Assembly: GCA_035389045.1 (NCBI GenBank)
Contig: DAOORA010000029.1
Span: 1-49,250, forward strand
Reading direction: 5' to 3'
Source of the DNA: Bacteroidales bacterium
Lineage (GTDB): Bacteria > Bacteroidota > Bacteroidia > Bacteroidales > CAIWKO01
DNA: 49,250 bases
Position numbers and translations under genes: made by a program. The first letter of the stretch is position 1. Every line of letters begins with the position of its first letter. Below the pieces are notes generated by a model. The model was given only the letters and a program-made list of their open reading frames with translations, had not been told where the DNA came from and searched no databases. Below are positions 30,713-40,501 of the stretch, piece by piece.

Positions 30713-31639
30713 ATGATATTTCACCCTTTTTTACTGGAAAAACCACCTTATCTGAAATTGCTGTATTTCATTCTGATAATTATCTGCAGCCTTTTTCTGG
30801 TCAATATTTTCGGGATGGTTCTGGCGGTACCTTTTTTTGGCAGGTCATTCATTGAAACAATTTCAGGCGCCTATGATTACAATGATCCGGGTGTTGTTGC
30901 CAAACTGAAATATTTGCAGATCATTAACCAGTTGGCATTGTTTATTGTTCCTGTCCTGATTTTTGCTTTTTTCGCCTGGAAGAATATTCCTGATTATCTA
31001 AAGCTGAATAAGCGAATAAATGCTTATTTGGTGCTGATAGCAGTGAGTATAATTTTAGCCGGACTGCCTTTTATAAACTGGCTTACAGCGCTCAATAGTA
31101 ACATGAGTTTGCCGGAACAACTTTCCGGAGTTGAAGAATGGATGCGGGCTTCTGAAACCGAAGCCGGTACGCTTACCAATGCTTTTTTAAGCTCGGCGAC
31201 TGTGGGCGGGCTTTTAATCAACGTATTGATGATTGCCATATTGCCGGCAATAGGAGAGGAGTTTTTCTTTCGGGGGATACTGCAGCGGCTCTTTTCGGAA
31301 TGGATTAAAAATGTTCATATTGCTATATGGGTAACTGCTTTTATTTTCAGCGCTTTTCACATGCAGTTTTTTGGGTTTCTACCGCGTTTTCTCCTTGGAA
31401 TTTACCTGGGATATTTGTTTTACTGGTCGGGCACGCTGTGGCTTCCCATTATCGTGCATTTTATTAACAACGGACTGGCTGTTGTGGTGGCCTGGCTGGC
31501 TGCCCGGGGCATGGTCGGTATCAGTTATGAAACCTTTGGCAGCAGCGATAATTTGTATGTGAACCTAACGAGTGGACTTGTTGTGGCAGGGCTGATATTT
31601 GTGCTGTATCGAATACAAAAAAGAGCTTTAAAAACATAG
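30713..31639 (+). CDS. CPBP (Abi/CAAX) family intramembrane metalloprotease
   Basis: EEFFFRG, FSAFH and HFINN motifs. Confidence 0.93.
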   Translation: MIFHPFLLEKPPYLKLLYFILIIICSLFLVNIFGMVLAVPFFGRSFIETISGAYDYNDPGVVAKLKYLQIINQLALFIVPVLIFAFFAWKNIPDYLKLNKRINAYLVLIAVSIILAGLPFINWLTALNSNMSLPEQLSGVEEWMRASETEAGTLTNAFLSSATVGGLLINVLMIAILPAIGEEFFFRGILQRLFSEWIKNVHIAIWVTAFIFSAFHMQFFGFLPRFLLGIYLGYLFYWSGTLWLPIIVHFINNGLAVVVAWLAARGMVGISYETFGSSDNLYVNLTSGLVVAGLIFVLYRIQKRALKT

Positions 31640-31643
31640 TTTT

Positions 31644-31731
31644 TCTCTGTGCAATTCAGTGACCACGTTGTGTAACTTTGTTTTTTTTATTTCACAGAGA
31701 GCAACAGAGAAGGCACAGAGAACTACTGAGG
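31644..31731. repeat. Degenerate CTCTGTG/CACAGAG short-repeat hairpin element
   Basis: TCTCTGTG at 31644 faces CACAGAGA at 31693 and 31714, with variants at 31703 and 31724. Confidence 0.5.
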
Positions 31732-31807
31732 ACTATTGAGTAGAATTCAGAATTAATATTTAATATTCATCCCTTTTTGGTTATTTTTGTTGAAAGAAGA
31801 ATAAATT

Positions 31808-32728
31808 ATGAAAAAGCTCTTGTTGATACTCTCAACAGCAATTTCTTTTTTTGCCAACGGACAAACATCGGTTTATCACTCTTTTCCAGATAGTGCCGCA
31901 GTCTGGAGGGAAGCCAGTGGATGGCTGGGTGGCGGTAATCCTCCGCAACAACATAATTCAGAGTATCAATACTTCATAAACGGAGACACAGTATATAACT
32001 CAAATACCTATCATAAAATTTATTTAACCGGAAAAGATTTTGTATGGCCACCGCCGCCTTATGATACCATTTTTTATTATGAAGCTCTTTCATTTGGTAT
32101 CCGGGAAGATTCAAACAAAAGAATCTGGATAAATTTCTTCCATGGGGCAGACCAGCTTCTTTATGATTTTAATTTGAATATTGGTGATACCCTGCATACT
32201 TATAATGGGCAGCTTAATGTAATAATTGGCATTGATTCGGTTTTGGTGGGTACTCAGTTCAGGAAAACATATTTATTAAGTTATTTCGGTTGGACTCCGC
32301 CATCAGATGGAACTTTTATTATAGAAGGTATTGGTAGTTCCACAGGGTTGACAAACCCAATAAGACCTCCTTTTGAAGGAGGAGGATTCCTTAAATGTTT
32401 TATGCAAGATGGACAATTCCTTTATAGTGCTTCATTATTGTCAAACTGTAATTTGATCTCGGGTTTGCCGGAAATATCTTCAAATAAAATTTCAAGTTAT
32501 CTATTCCCCAATCCATTTCATTCGTCAGCAACTTTTAAAATATCAGATGCTGCGTTTGAGAATTCCTGTTTAAAAATTTACAATGTTTTGGGCGAGGAAA
32601 TAAAACAGCAAACCATAATTAATAATACAACAATTATTTTCAGGGATGGTATGCAAGACGGGATTTACTTCTTCAGGGTAATAAATAACAATGAACAAGT
32701 AGTTGCTGGTAAATTTGTCATAGAGTAA
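31808..32728 (+). CDS. T9SS type A sorting domain protein
   Basis: Signal peptide; LLYDFNLNIGDT and IEGIGS motifs; C-terminal FPNPF...GIYFFRV...KFVIE; TATTTTTG at 31782-31789. Confidence 0.85.
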   Translation: MKKLLLILSTAISFFANGQTSVYHSFPDSAAVWREASGWLGGGNPPQQHNSEYQYFINGDTVYNSNTYHKIYLTGKDFVWPPPPYDTIFYYEALSFGIREDSNKRIWINFFHGADQLLYDFNLNIGDTLHTYNGQLNVIIGIDSVLVGTQFRKTYLLSYFGWTPPSDGTFIIEGIGSSTGLTNPIRPPFEGGGFLKCFMQDGQFLYSASLLSNCNLISGLPEISSNKISSYLFPNPFHSSATFKISDAAFENSCLKIYNVLGEEIKQQTIINNTTIIFRDGMQDGIYFFRVINNNEQVVAGKFVIE

Positions 32729-32860
32729 ATCAAAAAATCCCTATTTACTTTTCCCTGATTACCTAACCTGATTAATTCACAAACTTTTATTCAGGCTAAA
32801 GAATATTCAGCAACTGCTCCCTGATTTTCTTCAGTTCATTTTTCATTAGTACAACATCAC

Positions 32861-32923
32861 AATCATAATAATTTTCGGTTTAAATCGAAAATAATCATAA
32901 TAATTTTCGGTTTGAATCGAAAT
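32861..32923. repeat. Two tandem 32-bp units, each containing a near-perfect palindrome
   Basis: AATCATAATAATTTTCGGTTTAAATCGAAAAT followed by AATCATAATAATTTTCGGTTTGAATCGAAAT. Confidence 0.85.
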
Positions 32924-32977
32924 ATATGCCAAAATACTCAATTAATCAAATACTGAATTCGAAAAAACAGTTGTCAG

Positions 32978-33023
32978 ATGTCGGGCAAATTCATGAATTT
33001 GCCCGACATGAATTTGCCCGACA
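32978..33023. repeat. Perfect 32-bp palindrome plus duplicated half (REP-like)
   Basis: ATGTCGGGCAAATTCATGAATTTGCCCGACAT (32978-33009), then a second CATGAATTTGCCCGACA ending at 33023. Confidence 0.85.
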
Positions 33024-33038
33024 GCAGCGGAATAGAAT

Positions 33039-33917
33039 CTATAAAATATTCAATAATTGCTCTCTGATCTTCTCCAGTTCGTCTTTCATTCCGATGACGA
33101 TCTTCTGAATGTTGGAGTCGTTGGCTTTTGATCCGAGGGTGTTGATCTCTCGTCCGATTTCCTGCGTAATAAACCCGAGTTTTCGGCCATTTGATGCAGT
33201 CTCGCTGATGGTCTCGCGGAAATACGTACAATGTTTTTGCAGCCGCACTTTTTCTTCTGTAAAATCAATCTTTTCAAGGTAATAAATCATTTCCTGTTCA
33301 AAACGGTTTTTATCTGTTTTTTCAGGATCGAAAAACTCAGACAGGTTGTTTTTTATGCGTTGCCGGATCTGTTGTATGCGTTCTTTTTCGTAAAGTTCGA
33401 TACGGGGTATGCCTTTTTCAATGCTATCAATATGTTGTAAAATATCTTTTTCCAGGACGGCACCCTCATTCAACCGGAATGTATCCAGGGCATAGACAGC
33501 ATCTTCAATTCCCTGATGGATCATCGTCCATTCTTCTTCTTTAAGCTCCTCAACGGGGGTTTTCACCACATCGGGCATGCGTAAGAGAAGCGGAATTATT
33601 TCCTGCGGTGACGGCATGGGCAGCCCGAGTTCGCCTGACAATTGTTTTATTCCTTCGTGGTACTGCGCTGCCAACGTGGTATTCAGCGAAAACGCATCCT
33701 GGGCGACTAATGTCTCAACGTTGACATAAAGATCGACCTTACCGCGTTCGAGGCATTTGGATATCAGGGAACGGATTTCCGTCTCTTTTTCGCGGAGCAT
33801 GGCCGGCAATTTAATATTAAAGTCAAGTTGCTTGCTGTTTACAGATTTCATTTCGAAGGTGATTTTTTTGCCGGGCAGTTCGCACACCGCCTTGCCGTAT
33901 CCGGTCATTGATTTCAT
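33039..33917 (-). CDS. yicC: YicC/YloC family endoribonuclease
   Basis: MKSMTGYG, RGKVD, GRKLGFITQEIGREINTLGSK and EKIREQ motifs; true start ATG 33917, with TATATTTG (minus strand) at 33938-33945. Confidence 0.93.
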   Translation of the reverse strand: MKSMTGYGKAVCELPGKKITFEMKSVNSKQLDFNIKLPAMLREKETEIRSLISKCLERGKVDLYVNVETLVAQDAFSLNTTLAAQYHEGIKQLSGELGLPMPSPQEIIPLLLRMPDVVKTPVEELKEEEWTMIHQGIEDAVYALDTFRLNEGAVLEKDILQHIDSIEKGIPRIELYEKERIQQIRQRIKNNLSEFFDPEKTDKNRFEQEMIYYLEKIDFTEEKVRLQKHCTYFRETISETASNGRKLGFITQEIGREINTLGSKANDSNIQKIVIGMKDELEKIREQLLNIL

Positions 33918-34069
33918 AAAGGATGTATTAGTCCGTACAAATATAGGAATTTTTAATTTTATCCAAGGGTAAAATCCCTGCAAATCAGAATTACAATTTT
34001 TATAATAAATTTGAGTTTTTAAAAATATCCCTTTTTATTGATAAATTCGTATTATTCTTAGGCTTCAGC

Positions 34070-37000
34070 TTGAAACAACGGTATTACATATTTTTTTTGT
34101 TATGCCTGACAGCATCCCGTCTTGCTGCACAGGATTTTTCAAATTTCAGAATAAAAAGCCTGCTTATTGAAAACGATACACTGAAGCTTGATTCAGTAAG
34201 TATTATTCCTGGAACAATCCTGATCACCTCAGAAGAAAACTTTTCTCCCGATACGGCCACATATATCATCAATCATGTCCGATCCCTGCTGATTTTTATT
34301 GACAGTAGTTATTTTGAAAATGAAATAAAAAATAAAAAGCTCAGTATCTCTTACCGGGTTTTTCCCCTTTCGTTTGCGGAGGTTCAAAGGCACAAGGACG
34401 GCTCTGTTATCAACGACCAGGTCAAAGAGATCACTAATCCGTTTTTGTTTAAATACGAAACAACAGCTCAGGATGTTTTTAAATGGGGGACACTGAACCG
34501 GAGCGGCAACATTTCGAGGGGCGTGTCGTTCGGGAACAACCAGGACCTTGTCGTGAACTCCAGCCTCAACCTTCAACTTTCGGGCTATCTGTCTGATGAC
34601 ATTCAGGTGCTTGCAGCCATTACCGATAACAATATTCCGATACAGCCCGATGGTAATACCCAGCAACTGCAGGAGTTTGATAAGGTATTTATTCAGTTGT
34701 ATAATAAAAACAATAAACTTATTGCCGGTGATTTTGAGACAGGCCCGCCTAAGAGCTATTTTATGAACTTCTATAAGAAAGCTCAGGGAGCGTTGCTTGA
34801 ATCCAATCTGCTTATACCATTGAAAAACAAGCCTGAAGACAAAATAAAACTCCGGCTTGAAGGATGCGGAGCCTTATCAAAGGGCAGGTATGCAAGGAAT
34901 ATCATTCCCGTGCTGGAAGGAAGCCAGGGGCCTTACAAGCTCACGGGTGTTAACAACGAAAACTATATCATAGTGCTTGCCGGGACCGAACGGGTTTATA
35001 TCGATGGTGTTTTGCTCACGCGCGGGCAGGAAAACGATTACGTAATTGATTACAACCTTGGCGAAATAACGTTCACCCCAAAAAATATCATTACCAAAGA
35101 TAAACGCGTGGTCGTTGAATTTGAATATACCGACCGTTATTATGCACGCACCTTATTTTATGCCGGGGCAGGCATGGAATACAAAAAACTGAATATTCAG
35201 TTTAATTTTTTTTCGGAGCAGGATCTGAAAAACCAACCTTTGCAACAGGATCTTACAGAAAGTGACAAACAGCTTCTGGCGAACATAGGCGACAGTGTGC
35301 AATTGGCTATAGTTCCCAATGTTGACAGTGTTGAATTTTCGAGCACCTATGTGTTATACAAAATGACAGACACCACGGTAAATTCTGTGATTTATGATTC
35401 TGTGTTTGTTTATTCTGTCAATCCCGACAGCGCATGTTATCGGCTTGGGTTTTCGTTTGTAGGTGCAGGAAATGGCAATTATGTGCTTACACAGAGTTCT
35501 GCCAACGGCAGGGTTTTTAAATGGGTGGCGCCGCAGGGCGGACAGGCTTCCGGTGATTATGAGCCGGTGACACGGCTTATCGCTCCCCGAAAAGTTCAGA
35601 TGTATACGCTGGCTTTTGACTATTCGATTGGAAAGACCACCAAAATATCTGTAGAAACGGCTCTGAGCAATAACAATAAAAATCTCTTTTCATCTATGAA
35701 CAAAAATGATGATTTGGGATATGCGGTGAAAGCGGCAGTAGTAAATGCCATACCTTTTGCCAAAAAGAGCAGCAATGAGTGGAGATTTGTTGCCGATATC
35801 ACTAATGAATGGATAAGCCGCTATTTTTCTCCAATAGAACAATACCGCCATGTTGAATTCAGCCGTGACTGGAACATGGACAACAAGGCTGCGGCGGTGG
35901 AAAACATCAGCGGGCTAAAGCTGGGCGTACAGAATAAGAAAAACCAGAACGCTGTTTACCAGCTCCGTTATTACATGCATGGCAGTTCTTATAGTGGATT
36001 TCTGAATCAGCTTGACGTGGCTTACGATTATAAAAATTTCTTCCTGACCGCCAACGGCAGCTACCTGAATACCATTACACCGGCATACCGGACAGCCTAT
36101 TTAAAACAAAAAGCACAACTGATTAAAAAATTCAAATGGTTCTCGGTCGGAATACGTGAGGAGCAGGAACACAATGTTTTCGACATGAAAACTGCCGATT
36201 CTTTGCTGGGGAGCAGTTTTGCATTCAACATTTATGAAGCCTTTCTGGCCAGCCCTGATTCCTCAAAAAACCGGTATAAGGTCAGTTATAAGAAGCGTTT
36301 TGATTATTTGCCCCTGCATAACGAGTTAACGCCTGCCACCGAAGCCGATGATTTCGCACTGGGCGCCGAGTTGACAAAGAATCCCAAAAACACGCTTAAG
36401 GTCAGCGCTACATACCGCATATTGAAAATAAAAGATTCGTTGTTAAGCACTTTAAGACCGGACAATCTTCTGATAGGAAGGATAGAATATTATACAAGAC
36501 TGCTGAAAAATGTCATACAGTCAACTACGTATTATGAGGTTGGTTCAGGCATGGAAGAAAAGAAAGAGTATTCTTATCTGGAAATCACACCGGGGCAGGG
36601 GGTTTATACATGGTCGGATTACAACGGCGATGGTGTGAAACAACTCAACGAATTTGATGTGGCCGTTTTTAAAGATCAGGCCAACTATATACGGATTTTT
36701 ACGCCAACATATGATTATATCAAGACCTATTCCAACCAGTTCAGTGAGGCCATAACTGTTGATCCCGGCATAGTCTGGAAAAATAAAAAGGGTTTCAGGA
36801 AATTCATCTCCCGTTTTTCCATACAGTCATCATACAGTGTGAGCCACAAAAGCGCCGGATCGAATAATTTACAGGCCTATAACCCTTTTATGTTTCGCCT
36901 GAATGACACATCTCTTATGTCTTCAGCGACAACTTTCAAATCAGTATTGTTTTTCAATAAAAACCATCCGAAAATAGCAGTCCAGATATCATATCAGTTA

Positions 37001-37570
37001 AACAGTTCAAAGATGTTGCTGCTTAACGGGTTTGACACAAGGGAACAACAATCGTACGAAATAAAAGTCCGATGGAATATTACCCGAAAGTTTTATACCA
37101 ATATTGATTTTCAGCAGGGGATTAAAATGTATGGTTCGGAGTATTTCACATCGAAAAATTTTGATCTGGATTATTGGGAGATAGAACCACAGTTTATTTT
37201 TCAGCCCAATAACAAGTTTAGGATCAGCATAATATATAATTATTCCGATAAGCATAACACGATCATTTCTCCCAGTGAACGGGCATTAAACCATAACTGC
37301 GGGCTTGAAAGCAAGTATAATTTCCCGGGTAAAGGGACCCTGCAGGCCAAAGTAAATTATATCGACATAAAATATAATGCTTCAGACAATACTTCGCTGG
37401 CTTATGAGATGCTGGGCGGGCTAAAAAATGGCCGGAATATCACCTGGGCGCTTACCTTTCAGCGTAATCTGGGTAATAATTTACAATTGGATATTATTTA
37501 TGATGGCAGGAAGTCCGGCACACTTAAAGCAATTCATGCCGGCAGTGTGCAGGTAAGAGCTTATTTTTAG
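34070..37570 (+). CDS. Large uncharacterised outer-membrane protein (probable beta-barrel, SprA-like internal motif)
   Basis: 1166 aa, TTG start with signal peptide; ERVYIDGVLLTRG..NDYVIDYNLGEITF motif; C-terminal aromatic beta-signal (QVRAYF). Confidence 0.75.
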   Translation: MKQRYYIFFLLCLTASRLAAQDFSNFRIKSLLIENDTLKLDSVSIIPGTILITSEENFSPDTATYIINHVRSLLIFIDSSYFENEIKNKKLSISYRVFPLSFAEVQRHKDGSVINDQVKEITNPFLFKYETTAQDVFKWGTLNRSGNISRGVSFGNNQDLVVNSSLNLQLSGYLSDDIQVLAAITDNNIPIQPDGNTQQLQEFDKVFIQLYNKNNKLIAGDFETGPPKSYFMNFYKKAQGALLESNLLIPLKNKPEDKIKLRLEGCGALSKGRYARNIIPVLEGSQGPYKLTGVNNENYIIVLAGTERVYIDGVLLTRGQENDYVIDYNLGEITFTPKNIITKDKRVVVEFEYTDRYYARTLFYAGAGMEYKKLNIQFNFFSEQDLKNQPLQQDLTESDKQLLANIGDSVQLAIVPNVDSVEFSSTYVLYKMTDTTVNSVIYDSVFVYSVNPDSACYRLGFSFVGAGNGNYVLTQSSANGRVFKWVAPQGGQASGDYEPVTRLIAPRKVQMYTLAFDYSIGKTTKISVETALSNNNKNLFSSMNKNDDLGYAVKAAVVNAIPFAKKSSNEWRFVADITNEWISRYFSPIEQYRHVEFSRDWNMDNKAAAVENISGLKLGVQNKKNQNAVYQLRYYMHGSSYSGFLNQLDVAYDYKNFFLTANGSYLNTITPAYRTAYLKQKAQLIKKFKWFSVGIREEQEHNVFDMKTADSLLGSSFAFNIYEAFLASPDSSKNRYKVSYKKRFDYLPLHNELTPATEADDFALGAELTKNPKNTLKVSATYRILKIKDSLLSTLRPDNLLIGRIEYYTRLLKNVIQSTTYYEVGSGMEEKKEYSYLEITPGQGVYTWSDYNGDGVKQLNEFDVAVFKDQANYIRIFTPTYDYIKTYSNQFSEAITVDPGIVWKNKKGFRKFISRFSIQSSYSVSHKSAGSNNLQAYNPFMFRLNDTSLMSSATTFKSVLFFNKNHPKIAVQISYQLNSSKMLLLNGFDTREQQSYEIKVRWNITRKFYTNIDFQQGIKMYGSEYFTSKNFDLDYWEIEPQFIFQPNNKFRISIIYNYSDKHNTIISPSERALNHNCGLESKYNFPGKGTLQAKVNYIDIKYNASDNTSLAYEMLGGLKNGRNITWALTFQRNLGNNLQLDIIYDGRKSGTLKAIHAGSVQVRAYF

Positions 37571-37584
37571 CCTGCCGCAGCAAA

Positions 37585-38277
37585 TTATTCGCTGATAATA
37601 TGAACCTCTGTCCGGCGGTTTTTCTGACGGCCTTCCTCTGTGTCATTGGTGGCACGTGGCTGTGTGTCTCCATAACCCTTTGCACTCACTCTCACAGCAT
37701 TTATACCTTTTTTGACCAGGAAGTTTTTTACCGAATTGGCGCGGTTAAGAGAAAGTTCGAGGTTTGATGGTGCAGATCCGATATTATCGGTGTGACCGGC
37801 TATCTCTATTACAAGGGCAGGCTTCAGTTTCATCACCTCTGCCAGGTCGTTGAGGGCTTTGTTGGAGTCACTCCGTAATGATGACTTTCCGGTGTCGAAA
37901 AAAACATTTTCCAATGTATATGTTTTTGGCGGATCATACTTTAAGTCGAACTGATATGTATATATTCCTTCCTGTGCAGGTACGTTTATTTGTTCGTAAT
38001 TAACATCTCCCTCAAATGTTTTGTACTTAATATCATAGATATCTCCTTCAGGGACCAGGGCTGAAAATCTTCCTTTTATATCTGTAATACCCTGATACGA
38101 TTTTGTGTTTTTTTGCCCTGTCAGTACTAGTATTTCTCCTGCGCGTGGTTTGCCGTCGATGCTGCTGACTACGATATTCAACAAAGCATTGGTTTCGGAA
38201 GGTTCCAATGGCTGGGCTTTTAAAAAAACTGAGATAAAAAATATAAGAATAACAATCAAAAAAACTGATTTTAGCAT
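37585..38277 (-). CDS. OmpA-family peptidoglycan-binding protein
   Basis: VFFDTGKS, IAGHTDN, LSLNRA, GYG..QP and NRRTE motifs. Confidence 0.92.
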   Translation of the reverse strand: MLKSVFLIVILIFFISVFLKAQPLEPSETNALLNIVVSSIDGKPRAGEILVLTGQKNTKSYQGITDIKGRFSALVPEGDIYDIKYKTFEGDVNYEQINVPAQEGIYTYQFDLKYDPPKTYTLENVFFDTGKSSLRSDSNKALNDLAEVMKLKPALVIEIAGHTDNIGSAPSNLELSLNRANSVKNFLVKKGINAVRVSAKGYGDTQPRATNDTEEGRQKNRRTEVHIISE

Positions 38278-38485
38278 AAAATTCTTTCTTACAATACAAT
38301 ATATAAACGCCAGGTTATTCGGAATATTTGTTATTCAATATGTTTTTATCCATATTGCGATGCACTACGTAATTATGATACCTTGTTTTAGGCTTTTCAG
38401 ACGAAAATTTATAAAAACAAATCACTGTCTGAAAATTAAAAATCATTCCACTATGGGCGAAAGACTATCCGAGCGTTTTTCTGAT

Positions 38486-38833
38486 TTAATTACTTTGCGG
38501 ATGCCGGTTCGGACAATCTTTATTAATAAAATCGTCTGTTTTTGAATCTTCAGTAGTATAGCCGATGTTTTCGATAACTTTGACCAGTTCTTTTCTGTTT
38601 GTTATACCTTCCACATACTTTACCGCAACAATCTTGGTTTCAATATCAGCAACAGCCTCTATAACACCGGCAGATTTTTTCAGACCATTTTCAACAAAAG
38701 TTTTGCCTTGAGGACAGTGAAAAGTAACCTTTATTTTTTCTTCCTTTATATTCTGTACGGTCTGGCCATATACGCTTCCTGCAAAGCAAAAAACTGCAAA
38801 TAATAAAAACAGACGGGCAATTTGTTTTTTCAT
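38486..38833 (-). CDS. Exported heavy-metal-associated (HMA-like) domain protein, paralog 2
   Basis: Signal peptide; HCPQGK and GV...AD.ETK.V.V.Y...IENIGY HMA-fold pattern. Confidence 0.75.
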   Translation of the reverse strand: MKKQIARLFLLFAVFCFAGSVYGQTVQNIKEEKIKVTFHCPQGKTFVENGLKKSAGVIEAVADIETKIVAVKYVEGITNRKELVKVIENIGYTTEDSKTDDFINKDCPNRHPQSN

Positions 38834-39153
38834 AATTATAAAATTAAATAATCTGTTTTGTTATGAAAATAATAATATGCTACGCAAAAATAAATAATGT
38901 GTTTCACAAAACCAAAAATAAATACATTCGTCATGATCAAAAGCAGTTATTATATATTTCGGCATTCGTTTTTTCCATTGTAAACTGTTTTTTGGGGAGT
39001 CATGACCGGAATATTGTTGTTTCTTATAATCAGATTTTAAAAAAAACTCATATGTAAAACGCACTCACATACGATTTAAATAATCTATTAAGTCATTAAT
39101 TAACAAGAGAATATATTGTAGAAGTTCTTTGATGACGGATCCATTCGGAAAAT

Positions 39154-39183
39154 AAAAAAAGGCGCAAAAAATCCGCGCCTTTT
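39154..39183 (-). terminator. Rho-independent terminator (probably bidirectional)
   Basis: AAAAAGGCGC-loop-GCGCCTTTTT hairpin just downstream of the stop at 39202. Confidence 0.7.
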
Positions 39184-39201
39184 ACCGTAATACGGTTTGT
39201 C

Positions 39202-39549
39202 TTATTTATGTTCCGGCTGTTCGTGCGAGCAGGCCTTTTTGATATTCGTGCCCGCTTGGGTGTCTTCGGTGGCATAGCCGATTTCTTCAATGGCTTTCAC
39301 AAGTTTTTCCCTGTTGGTTTTTCCATCAACATAATTGATCGTTACGATTTTTGTTTCGACGTCTGCCACAACGCTTGTAACGCCCTCAACCTTTTTGAGT
39401 TCCTTTTCAAGAAGAGCTTTTCCGTTCGGGCAATGAAACCCTGTTTTGATTTTTTCTTCTTTAATAACCTCTTTTTTCTGTCCGAAAGCGCTTCCGGCAA
39501 CACAGAACAGTAATGCCAGTATCAATACGTTTAAAAGTTGTTTTTTCAT
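39202..39549 (-). CDS. Exported heavy-metal-associated (HMA-like) domain protein, paralog 1
   Basis: Signal peptide; HCPNGK and EGV..V.AD.ETK...IEEIGY; same length (115 aa) as the neighbouring paralog. Confidence 0.78.
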   Translation of the reverse strand: MKKQLLNVLILALLFCVAGSAFGQKKEVIKEEKIKTGFHCPNGKALLEKELKKVEGVTSVVADVETKIVTINYVDGKTNREKLVKAIEEIGYATEDTQAGTNIKKACSHEQPEHK

Positions 39550-39565
39550 ATTTTAAAGGTTTAAA

Positions 39566-40471
39566 TTATTTTTCCAGTTTAAAAGTTGTTGTCCCTATAA
39601 CATTGTTTTCGGCAAAAATGTCGACGGTATAAGTTCCCGGAGTCAGTTCTTTCGATTTGTTCCAGTACAAACAAACATCAACAGGCTTATTGTTGTAAGC
39701 TATTTGTTCTTTTGCCGAATACTGTAATTTTTTACCGTCATAATCAAATGAATACTCATCGCCCGTTCCCTGAATTAATATATCTCCGTTGGGTTCTGCA
39801 ATGCGTGCATAGACGTTTTTGCTTCCAGCCGAAGCAATAGCATTTTCGCCAATGGTAAAACAAACGCGTATTTTTTCAACCTTTTTTGTCCGCTGGGTAG
39901 GAATTTCCTTTACTTTATTCCTGATAAATATACCATCCGAATTGATATCATAAGTTGTAAGCGCCGCGCCTTTGTTTACGGTTTCGGTGAGTGAGGTGTT
40001 TTCAGAGGACAGTTGTTTATTTTCTTCTGACGTGGAATCGAGTACTGTCTTGATATGAAAATTTTCTGCGACAAGCTCTTTATTTTGATTTTTCAGGTCT
40101 TCAATCTGCTGTTCGTATTCTTTCAGTCGTGTTTCCATGCTGGCCACCTGGTTTTTGTATTTAGCCACAGAACCTTCAGAATTTTTTATTTTTTGCAGCA
40201 ATTTTTCTACCTGCGCTTTTTCTTCGTTAAACATATCGGAAAGTTGCTCGTTGTCTTTGGCAAGTTGCTCGTATTCCTTTTTCATATTTTCCAGTTTGGC
40301 GATCGTCTGGTCTTTTTCTTCAGTTACACTGACAATGGTATCGCTTTGCTGTTTAACGGTCTTACTGAAACTGATCACTTTCCATGTCAGAATTCCGCAG
40401 GCTATCAGCAGAAGAATTGACAAATACATAAAGTAATTGGGACTTTTCCGTACTTCCGTGTTTGTTTCCAT
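39566..40471 (-). CDS. Membrane-anchored coiled-coil protein with C-terminal beta domain, paralog 2
   Basis: N-terminal TM, long heptad region, KIRVCFTI.EN...VYARI..P...GTY.V.IF. Confidence 0.8.
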   Translation of the reverse strand: METNTEVRKSPNYFMYLSILLLIACGILTWKVISFSKTVKQQSDTIVSVTEEKDQTIAKLENMKKEYEQLAKDNEQLSDMFNEEKAQVEKLLQKIKNSEGSVAKYKNQVASMETRLKEYEQQIEDLKNQNKELVAENFHIKTVLDSTSEENKQLSSENTSLTETVNKGAALTTYDINSDGIFIRNKVKEIPTQRTKKVEKIRVCFTIGENAIASAGSKNVYARIAEPNGDILIQGTGDEYSFDYDGKKLQYSAKEQIAYNNKPVDVCLYWNKSKELTPGTYTVDIFAENNVIGTTTFKLEK

Positions 40472-40501
40472 GTGGTTTTGATTTTAAGATTTAATACATT
40501 A

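Noticed and set aside
31808..32728. T9SS gene as a solitary cassette of the same system
   Set aside because: No AAC...GTT hairpin or matching terminal repeats flank it, and it has its own promoter motif.
32861..33023. Possible mini CRISPR array (32-bp repeats)
   Set aside because: Units are directly adjacent with no spacers, there are only two copies, and no cas genes are in the window.
38861..39064. Short ORFs between the HMA paralogs
   Set aside because: AT-rich intergenic sequence with no recognisable motifs; overlapping ORFs on both strands suggest chance.
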